This document shows positions 14,383 through 22,176 of a stretch of 36,521 nucleotides of DNA, one piece after another. Below the pieces are notes generated by a model that was not told the origin of the DNA, did not search any database, and worked only from the letters and a program-made list of their open reading frames with translations. The translations under genes were made by a program, and so were the position numbers. The stretch is from Armatimonadota bacterium. Its GTDB lineage: Bacteria; Armatimonadota; Hebobacteria; CAIYQO01. Numbering within the stretch: the first letter of the stretch is position 1; the number at the start of each line of letters is the position of its first letter. The stretch lies in the NCBI GenBank assembly GCA_036504255.1, contig DASXVL010000769.1:1-36521 (forward strand), in the 5' to 3' direction.

Positions 14383-16656
14383 TTACTTCCCCTGTGTCAT
14401 CCGCCAGGTGGACCAGCGCGTGCGCTCTTCGCCGAAGGTCTGTCCGGTGATGGCTTGGAGGGCGATGGCGGCGTTGTGCCGTGGGAGGGGGTTGTCATCG
14501 CCGAGCAGGGTGATGAGGGGGTCGATGGCCGAGGTTGCTTTGAGTTTGCCCAGCGCCTCGGCGACCGCCGCGTGCAGGGTGTGGTCGAGCACTTCGCTCA
14601 ATTGCGTGATCAGCGCCGGCACGGCACGGACATCGCCCAGTTCTCCCAGCGCCTGGGCGGCGGCGGTACGCGCTTTGGGCGACTGGTCGGCAAGCATGGC
14701 GAGCAAACGCTCCACGGCAGTGACGTCATGTCGCGCGCCAAGCATCTGGGCCGCTTGCGCGCGTACCGAGGGCGCGGCATCCTGGAGCAACGGATAGAAT
14801 GTGCTGTTCGGCACGCCCGTCTTCTGATTACCGAGACTTTGTATGGCGACGCACCGCACGACCGGCGCCTGATCGCGCAGCGCGCGCATGAGCGCGTCAA
14901 TGGCCGCCGGACTGGCGTAGAGACCCAGTGACTTTGCGGCGGACCCGCGCACCCGTTCCGGTTGCGCGGTATCCGTCAGCAGCGCACAAATCGACGGAAT
15001 CGCCCGGGGGTCGCCGATACGCGCCAGGGCATACACGGCGACGCGGCGCATGTTGAACGCCGGGTCAGCCACTAATGGCAGTATCGCCTCCACGGCCTGC
15101 TGATCATGAAACTCGCCGAGCGCCGAGACGGCGGCCAGTTGGAAGATCGGGTCCTTCTCCTCGGCGAGGGCGAGGCGCAAGGGGGCGGCGGCTCGTCTGT
15201 CCCCAATCGCTTTCAGGGCGGCGGCCGCGTCCACTTGCTCTTTCGGTACTTTGAGTAAGGGCAGAATCAAATCAACCGTTGGGAGATCTTTCCACTCACC
15301 GAGCGCGCGCAGGACGAACGAGCGCACGAGGGGCGAGCGGTCGTGCAGCATGCCACGCAATTGCGGGGCCGTCGACGGATCATGCTGGTGTTGTAGCCCC
15401 AATACCGCCGTGAACCTGATCTCTTCCGAGGGATCACTCAGCGCCTGCAGCAATACCGGCTGCGTGCGCGGCGTCGCGTAATCCCCTAAGGCGACCAGCG
15501 CCTGTTTGCGCAGACTGACATCCGGATCGCGCGCCAGCGCCAACAGGGTATCCAGTAATTCGTCGCCCCGCATCTGCGCGAGGGCAAAGACGGCCGATTT
15601 CCGTACGGCCTGGTCGCCGTCCGTGAGCAGCGCTCGCACCGCCATGCCGGCACGCCGATCAGCGATCACCCCAAGTGCGCTTGCCGCTTCCTGGCGAACG
15701 CTGGCATCCTTATCGGTCAACGCGGTACAGATATAGGGCGTGGCCCGGCAATCACGTAACAAGGAGAGCGCATGGAGCACCGTCACCCGAATACTGGCAT
15801 CCGGATCGGCCAGTAAACGCGCCACAGCGGGGATGCAGCGGCCACTGCCGACAGCGGACAAGCGCCGGATCGTTTCGAGACGCATTTCGGGATCGGCGTC
15901 ACTCAACAGGGGCAGTATCGCTTGTTCGAACAGCAGATGCTGTTCCGGTGGCACACTCGTCAGGGCCGCCTTGCGTTCTTTCGCGTCCCCCTGCTTTAGC
16001 GCTGCGAGCACTGACTCGGCGCCACCATATGCGGAGAGCCGTCCCAGCGAATAGAGCGCCACCTCGTGAAGATTCTCTGCCTTATCTCCGGACGTCAGCA
16101 GCGCCTGGAGCGGGGGCACGGCCCGCGGATCATCGAGCGACCCCAGGGCACTGGCCGCCATCACGCGCACTTCATCCACCGGATCGGCGAGCGCGCGAAT
16201 GAGGGCCTCAGTCGCCGTGCGATCCCCAACTACATACAATGCTTGCGCGGCTTGTGACCGTACATCGACTTCCTCATCGCTTAAGGCGTGGGTTAAGGCG
16301 GGTTGCGGGCAGCGTTGATACGATACGATCCCTAACGCGTATGCCGTCATGCTGCGCACATCAGGGCTGGGGTCATGCAGCAGCGTCTCGTTCAAGCGTT
16401 CACGTGCCTCGGGGAAGTGCCCCTCGCCGAGTTTTGTCGCCCCCTGCTGACGTATAACCGCGTCCTCATCATCCAACGCTTGCAGCAGTGCCCGGTACCA
16501 TATTTCGCGGGGTGACGGCGCCGTGGGCGCCGGTTCGACCGCCGGACTCGCGCCTTGTGACGCCGGTGGCGCCGCGCCCCACACGGCAGATGCGCCATGC
16601 AGCGCGCAGAGAAGCATCAGGACGCCGCATACGCGCCCAATGGATAGTTGTCGCAC
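14383..16656 (-). CDS. Secreted HEAT-repeat protein (PBS-lyase HEAT-like repeats), 757 aa
   Basis: ORF track. GTG start with signal-like N-terminus MRQLSIGRVCGVLMLLCALHGASA. More than 15 repeats of the form D..VR..AA.ALG..GD.RA...L...L.D. Confidence 0.8.
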   Translation of the reverse strand: MRQLSIGRVCGVLMLLCALHGASAVWGAAPPASQGASPAVEPAPTAPSPREIWYRALLQALDDEDAVIRQQGATKLGEGHFPEARERLNETLLHDPSPDVRSMTAYALGIVSYQRCPQPALTHALSDEEVDVRSQAAQALYVVGDRTATEALIRALADPVDEVRVMAASALGSLDDPRAVPPLQALLTSGDKAENLHEVALYSLGRLSAYGGAESVLAALKQGDAKERKAALTSVPPEQHLLFEQAILPLLSDADPEMRLETIRRLSAVGSGRCIPAVARLLADPDASIRVTVLHALSLLRDCRATPYICTALTDKDASVRQEAASALGVIADRRAGMAVRALLTDGDQAVRKSAVFALAQMRGDELLDTLLALARDPDVSLRKQALVALGDYATPRTQPVLLQALSDPSEEIRFTAVLGLQHQHDPSTAPQLRGMLHDRSPLVRSFVLRALGEWKDLPTVDLILPLLKVPKEQVDAAAALKAIGDRRAAAPLRLALAEEKDPIFQLAAVSALGEFHDQQAVEAILPLVADPAFNMRRVAVYALARIGDPRAIPSICALLTDTAQPERVRGSAAKSLGLYASPAAIDALMRALRDQAPVVRCVAIQSLGNQKTGVPNSTFYPLLQDAAPSVRAQAAQMLGARHDVTAVERLLAMLADQSPKARTAAAQALGELGDVRAVPALITQLSEVLDHTLHAAVAEALGKLKATSAIDPLITLLGDDNPLPRHNAAIALQAITGQTFGEERTRWSTWRMTQGK

Positions 16657-16910
16657 GAACGATTACCCCACGGTTGATTTTACACGCTGTCACATAATAC
16701 CCGCTAAGGTCCCTGCACAAGTCTGGGCAAGGAGGCTTAGCGGGTTGTACCAAAGATGGCAGTTGAAGGCATGCCTGATCCCGATCCGTTTGGTGTTCAG
16801 TCCCCTGCTCCCGCAGGGAGAAATACCGAGTATGCGGGAGCAGAACCAACTGAGACGCGGGTCAGCATGGCGCAAAGCACCTTAAAAAACACCATGCGCA
16901 TGCATGCCCG

Positions 16911-17438
16911 CTACATCGTCTCATCGACAATTGGGGTAATCACGTCAGTGCCATACCGGAAATTCTGGACGGTCAGATACGCCGACCCATAGGCATAGGT
17001 ATTACCGGCAAGCAGGATCGCCGTATACTTATAGCACTGCCAATAGTAGACGGTTTCTGGTGTCGGTATCGGGTACGCCGGGCCGAATGGAAAGGAATAC
17101 TCCATGACCTTTTGACCGGCCTTAAAACTAAGTGATCGCGGATACGGTGAGAACTGCCAATACTCTTCGAGAGGGTTCAATGGCCCATCACGCCGCCCGT
17201 ATAACACCACCTGGTTACTAACCTGTTTGCCCGCGACCGACACGGTAATCACGCCATACATGTTCGGTGTCGGCAAATACTCGCGATTGACATTATTTTG
17301 CGCCAAGCCAATCCCGACGGTTGTCCCCTTGGTGAAGGCGCCATCACCCGCACCGTCCGCCGCGCGCGCTGTGCTCCCGGCGAGTAGGCAGAGCGTGAGT
17401 GCGCACAGCCACGCTGCCAAAGTTCGATAGTTTCTCAT
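16911..17438 (-). CDS. Small secreted protein of unknown function (175 aa)
   Basis: ORF track. ATG preceded by AGGAGG 8 nt upstream. Signal peptide MRNYRTLAAWLCALTLCLLAGSTARA. No recognisable motif. Confidence 0.75.
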   Translation of the reverse strand: MRNYRTLAAWLCALTLCLLAGSTARAADGAGDGAFTKGTTVGIGLAQNNVNREYLPTPNMYGVITVSVAGKQVSNQVVLYGRRDGPLNPLEEYWQFSPYPRSLSFKAGQKVMEYSFPFGPAYPIPTPETVYYWQCYKYTAILLAGNTYAYGSAYLTVQNFRYGTDVITPIVDETM

Positions 17439-17525
17439 TGCATATCCTCCTGTCTTGCATAGAGTCGAGCTGCCTGACCGAGCGGCGGCTCTGTCACGAG
17501 TGGCCGCATGCCTTCAGCTTGAACG

Positions 17526-19088
17526 CTAAAAACCTCGTACAACCATATCGGCGTCCGTCCGCGCTTCCAGCGGATGGTCGGGATTCGAAAAGTAGGCGTC
17601 ACGCTCCAGGCATTGTAACCGGAAGAGCTTACTCGTGCGCACGCGCTGCCGTTCTCCGGTGCTGCTGCGCGTCCAACGCACGAGGGTGCGCGCCAATTCT
17701 CCACCGATCCCCTGTAATTCCGCCAAGGATAATCGCTTTTTCGCATAACGATCATTGACTTCGAAGGAGAGGTCAATCGCGCCATAATTGACCGCGCACC
17801 AGCCGTACAAGCGGTACTGCGCCCAGCCGAAATCCCAGGGCGTGAGCGGATCAGCCACCAGCAAGCCCTGCTTGGTGAGTTCGTCAAAAAAGCATCGATT
17901 GATGTCCTGCACCGCAATTTTATTGGGATAACTGATCAACGGACAGACGACGTTCGGCCCTTCGTTCGCCTCCAAGTTATGCACCGACACGGCAATATCG
18001 ATCACGTGGCCACGATAGACATAATCCGTGAAGTATCTGGCGTAGGCGAGCGCTTCGGGAGACAACGTGGAATTCTCCGCCATGGTATTAAACATCTCTG
18101 TCAGGCGATCAAAGACGGAGGCGACACTGCCGTCAGGATCGACCAGCGGAATCAGTATCCATGTCGTATCCTGCCGCAGTGCGCGGGCCTCTGCTGAATC
18201 CGCCAACAGAGCGCGTAAGGCGCCCATGACCGCCCAACTCGACGCAGCCTCGGTCGCGTGTTCGCGCCCGGTGATTATGATAGTCCGGTGCGTCGCTGGC
18301 GTTGTCTGCTGCGTGCTGTCTTCGAGACGCAGAATCTGCAATTTGCGCCCTTCGCGCGTGGCGCCGATTTCGTCAATGAAGACACCGGGCAACTGCCGTG
18401 CTTTCAGGCGCGCGAGGAACGCTTGCTGGTAGGTATAGGTATAGGGCACACGCATGGCGATGGACGCGGAGGGCAACGCAAAGGTCTGCTGCACGCGAAA
18501 GATATTGAGCGGCGGCACGGCGGCGGCCGCATCGACGTCACGCCAGGGCATCCAATACTGCCGGTCGGTAGACAGAAACTGTTGGGCTTGCTCGGCGGGT
18601 ATGACCTGCTGCACCGGCAACTCGCCCATTCCCGCCAGTTTTTCATCGCCGATTTTGCACGGATCACCGGAGATCCAGCGTCCCCGGGTATCTTTATGAA
18701 ACCACTCGTAGCTTTCATACCGCGTCGGGTCCGCATAGGTCATCAGCGGCAGGAGTCCTTGCCATTTATTCACATCCGTGGTGTTTTTCGCCTCGGGATC
18801 AGCCGTGAGGTGAATACCGATGGTCACCTGCTTGCCCACCGGCAGATGGGTAAAGTTACCCGCAAACCAATTATGCACGGGCGTAATTTGCGAAGCCACG
18901 ACATACTCGGGGGAGATTTCATCGGTGATGGCGAGGTTGAAACCGTCCGCGGGGACGATAGTGATACCCGCCGGCGCCTGGCGTTCTTCAACGGCCAGAC
19001 CGGCCTGCGTGCATACAAAGACTCCCGCAAGCAGCTGGAAGAACAACAGCCATGCCATCGAAAAGTTACTTCTGTGTGCCACTCCCAT
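17526..19088 (-). CDS. Secreted M14-family zinc carboxypeptidase-like protein
   Basis: ORF track 17526..19115 (GTG). Internal ATG at 19088 has GAGGA about 9 nt upstream and gives a signal peptide (MGVAHRSNFSMAWLLFFQLLAGVFVCTQAGLA). M14 hallmarks are present:
- H-x-x-E in GREHATEAAS.
- LIPLVDPDGS, equivalent to NPDG.
- A later His in VSVHNLE. Confidence 0.7.
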   Translation of the reverse strand: MGVAHRSNFSMAWLLFFQLLAGVFVCTQAGLAVEERQAPAGITIVPADGFNLAITDEISPEYVVASQITPVHNWFAGNFTHLPVGKQVTIGIHLTADPEAKNTTDVNKWQGLLPLMTYADPTRYESYEWFHKDTRGRWISGDPCKIGDEKLAGMGELPVQQVIPAEQAQQFLSTDRQYWMPWRDVDAAAAVPPLNIFRVQQTFALPSASIAMRVPYTYTYQQAFLARLKARQLPGVFIDEIGATREGRKLQILRLEDSTQQTTPATHRTIIITGREHATEAASSWAVMGALRALLADSAEARALRQDTTWILIPLVDPDGSVASVFDRLTEMFNTMAENSTLSPEALAYARYFTDYVYRGHVIDIAVSVHNLEANEGPNVVCPLISYPNKIAVQDINRCFFDELTKQGLLVADPLTPWDFGWAQYRLYGWCAVNYGAIDLSFEVNDRYAKKRLSLAELQGIGGELARTLVRWTRSSTGERQRVRTSKLFRLQCLERDAYFSNPDHPLEARTDADMVVRGF

Positions 19089-19197
19089 TTCACCGCTTCC
19101 TCGCAAGTCATCCACTTTACTCTACTTATCATAACGTGTTGTTTCTCTTTTAAGCAATGGGTTGTTTGGTTTTTTTACGACATTACCCATCTACGGC

Positions 19198-19226
19198 TTG
19201 CAGTTTGCTCGTGCGCTTGCTATGAT
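19198..19226 (+). promoter_or_regulatory. Candidate sigma-70 promoter for the kinase/receiver genes
   Basis: TTGCAG (19198-19203), 17-nt spacer, TATGAT (19221-19226), in the AT-richer divergent intergenic region. Confidence 0.35.
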
Positions 19227-19372
19227 TACATTACTTACCTGCTTGCCTTTAATAACGCGCACGCAGCAGAGCAGCAGTCACCTGCGCTCGCGTTCTGCTG
19301 GTTAAGTTTGGGTATCGATTCTACCGCGACGACGGCAAGCAAGTATCGTGCCCGATTGGCGAGAGGTGATCT

Positions 19373-21556
19373 GTGCAACTATCGCTTTGCCTTGTTTCCG
19401 CCGTGATCTGTCTGGCGAGCCTCGCCATTCTTTTCCGGAGAACCTCCCCGAACACCCCGGGACGCCTGGCTGCATGGCCGATCCTTGGGGTGATCTTCTG
19501 GGTGCTCGGACGCGCGTTGATCTTCTGGCCGATTGCCCGCAATGTGTTTCCGATCCCCATATGGCTTCCAGCCCTGGTGCTGGCGTGCGGCTACCTCATG
19601 GGATGTACGTTACTGCTCTTTGCTGCCGGATACCCGGCCCGCATGCTCCACATACGCCGTGTCAGCTTTGCCCTTATCCCGCTCGGTCTGATCTGGCTCT
19701 CCCTGGTATACAGCCAGATCATCGCGGTACACCCGTTCCCGAATGTCTGGCTGTGTTCCTCTGCCTTCGTCCCGGCATTTCGCTGGTGGCTGCTGCTGTG
19801 CTGTCTAATGCCATTGCTGGCATGCGCCGGGTACCTACGCCAGGCATATGGCGCGCAACGGCGGCGAATACGCTATGCGCTGGGCGGACTGGCTTTCATC
19901 GTTTCCGGCCTGCTCCTCGATCTCTGGTTTCATCATCCCGGTACCGCGTACTCGTATGGCTTCCCCTCCTTTCTCCTCTTGAGTTGTGGCGTATTGACCT
20001 TAGGGGGGTATGCGGCGGCTCGCTTGCCACTGCTCGATGGGCGAGTGCTCTTGCGCCCTCTCTTGTCCGGCGGGCTGACTACTGTTACCGTCTTTATGAT
20101 TTTTCGGGCTTACGCCTTTACGCTCGCCATTCATTGTATGCACTTGTTCCCGTCGTTCACCATAGGGTCGCTGCTACTCATCAGTGAATTTCTCATCGTC
20201 TCCGCCTTCTACCCGCTGTACTGCGGATATGCCTGGCTTGTGAACAGTTTTCTCTTGAAATTCCCGTATAACAGCCGCCAGGTGATCGACGCGGTTGGGT
20301 CGGTGGTAACATCCGCCAATTCTCGCGCATCGTTAGTCGCCCGCATGTCGCAGATTGTGTCCGGCACGCTGCGTCCGCAAAGCTGCGCCTTCTATCTTCC
20401 GGACGCAACCGGCGTCCACCAGCGCATTGACGGCTCCACGGGCCAGCTAGTTCTCCCAGACCGTCTCGCCCCCACCGCGGGGCTCTTGCTTGCATTGCGT
20501 ACACGGAAGGTTATTCTGCAGACGGATGGCCTACTGGACCACGCGGACGCACTGGGTGAGGAGATGCAGGCACAAAACATTGCGGTGGCGGTACCGCTGT
20601 TTCACGAACAACAGGTGACCGGATGCCTCCTGCTCAGCGAAAAGAGCTCGGGGGACGCCTATCTCCGTGAAGATCTGCGCATGTTGGCCGTCATCGGCGC
20701 GCAAACTTCCCTGGCACTCGAGAATGTCCAGCATTTCGAGGAACTGCAGGCACTGAATGTCGGGCTTGAAGAGCGCATTGCCGCCCGCACGTGCGAGTTG
20801 GCGGAAGCGAATACCCAGTTGCAAGATGCGGACAGAGCGAAAGACCGTTTCCTGGCCATGGTCTCACACGAACTGCTGAATCCCCTCTCCAGTATCCTCG
20901 GATGGGCCGAGATGGGACTCATGACTAACGACCCTGACCGCAGAACGAAAGCCTTGACGACGATTCAGCGCAGTGGACTCCAACAACAACGCTTGATCCG
21001 TGATTTGTTGGATACGTCACGCATTATCCATGGCAAACTCACTATCACTCTCCAACCAGTCGACCTCTGGCAGATCGTTTTGGGGGTTATCGAGAGCTTG
21101 GATCTTCGCATTCGGGAACGGAACATCACGGTAGAATTGATTCCACCCACAGCGGCCCTCCGACTCTCGGGTGATCCGGCGCGACTGCACCAGGTGATCA
21201 GTAATCTGTTGGGCAACGCGCTCAAATTTACCGACCGCGGCGGCCGGATCACCTTCACCGGCGCGCTGCAGGCGGATCATTGCATGTTGACCGTACAGGA
21301 TACCGGTAAAGGTATCGCCGCGAAGGACTTGTCCAGAATTTTCACCCTGTTCCATCAGGCCTCGGGCGATGAATTAGCCGGTGGATTGGGACTGGGATTG
21401 GGATTAGTCAGGGGAATTATGGAATTACACGGTGGGACCGTGACCGCCGCTAGCCCGGGGGAGGGCATGGGCAGCACGTTCACCATTTCGATACCCGCCG
21501 CACCGAGTGTGCAACCGGACGCGAATACAGACCAAACGCTCGTCGCTGCATTGTAG
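19373..21556 (+). CDS. Sensor histidine kinase: polytopic membrane N-terminus, GAF, HisKA, HATPase_c
   Basis: ORF track. GTG start with GAGAGGTGA just upstream. About 300 aa of hydrophobic helices precede a GAF-like region. Kinase boxes are present:
- H-box: FLAMVSHELLNPLSSILGW.
- N-box: LLGNALKFT.
- G-boxes: VQDTGKGI and GGLGLGLGL. Confidence 0.85.
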   Translation: MQLSLCLVSAVICLASLAILFRRTSPNTPGRLAAWPILGVIFWVLGRALIFWPIARNVFPIPIWLPALVLACGYLMGCTLLLFAAGYPARMLHIRRVSFALIPLGLIWLSLVYSQIIAVHPFPNVWLCSSAFVPAFRWWLLLCCLMPLLACAGYLRQAYGAQRRRIRYALGGLAFIVSGLLLDLWFHHPGTAYSYGFPSFLLLSCGVLTLGGYAAARLPLLDGRVLLRPLLSGGLTTVTVFMIFRAYAFTLAIHCMHLFPSFTIGSLLLISEFLIVSAFYPLYCGYAWLVNSFLLKFPYNSRQVIDAVGSVVTSANSRASLVARMSQIVSGTLRPQSCAFYLPDATGVHQRIDGSTGQLVLPDRLAPTAGLLLALRTRKVILQTDGLLDHADALGEEMQAQNIAVAVPLFHEQQVTGCLLLSEKSSGDAYLREDLRMLAVIGAQTSLALENVQHFEELQALNVGLEERIAARTCELAEANTQLQDADRAKDRFLAMVSHELLNPLSSILGWAEMGLMTNDPDRRTKALTTIQRSGLQQQRLIRDLLDTSRIIHGKLTITLQPVDLWQIVLGVIESLDLRIRERNITVELIPPTAALRLSGDPARLHQVISNLLGNALKFTDRGGRITFTGALQADHCMLTVQDTGKGIAAKDLSRIFTLFHQASGDELAGGLGLGLGLVRGIMELHGGTVTAASPGEGMGSTFTISIPAAPSVQPDANTDQTLVAAL

Positions 21557-21666
21557 TCGCGAGTCGGTCGCGTCCATGACTAGGAAAAGGCTCCGCTTGT
21601 AGGCGGAACGCACAGACACTTGTTCACATTGTTTACGAATACCTGCATGATGCGAGGTCACGAAAA

Positions 21667-22044
21667 ATGGTAGAAGCTTACGCGGAGTATGCCGCGTCCA
21701 AACACGTTCTGCTCGTCGAAGACAATACAGATCTGCGCGAGTTCTTGGTGATGCTGCTGGGGGACGCGGGATATGCCGTCACGGATGTGGAAGATGGCCA
21801 TGCCGCACTCCCCCTCATCGCCACGGGGAAATACGAGATTTTCCTGGTCGACTTACAGCTCCCGGATGTGAAGGGAAGCGACCTCATCGAAAAAGCACGG
21901 CGCTACGGCGTATCGTTTCGGGCGATCCTCATGAGCGCCAACCCGGAAATCGAACGCTTCGCTACCGCCTGCCACGCCGAAGGATTCTTCTTCAAGGGCG
22001 AGCCGATCCAACAGTTGTTGGCCGCCCTCCAACCAGTCGCCTGA
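21667..22044 (+). CDS. Stand-alone response-regulator receiver domain (CheY-like, 125 aa)
   Basis: ORF track. Receiver residues are present: LLVEDN, phospho-acceptor context IFLVDLQLPD, ILMSA and FFFKGEP. There is no output domain. Confidence 0.85.
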   Translation: MVEAYAEYAASKHVLLVEDNTDLREFLVMLLGDAGYAVTDVEDGHAALPLIATGKYEIFLVDLQLPDVKGSDLIEKARRYGVSFRAILMSANPEIERFATACHAEGFFFKGEPIQQLLAALQPVA

Positions 22045-22096
22045 GAGCGCTGTGCTTGGGGTGACATCACCATAGCCGGCGAGGATTATCCGCACA

Positions 22097-22150
22097 AGAC
22101 ACCATCATGGCCTATCAGGTGCTTTCACCTGATAGGCCATGATGGTGTCT
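22097..22150. terminator. Perfect 25-bp hairpin between convergent genes (bidirectional terminator or palindromic site)
   Basis: AGACACCATCATGGCCTATCAGGTG (22097-22121), loop CTTT, then the exact reverse complement (22126-22150). No U-tract on either side. It lies between the receiver stop (22044) and the GH127-like stop (22177). Confidence 0.45.
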
Positions 22151-22176
22151 CCGCTTCATACCCCTGGCATAGCCGA

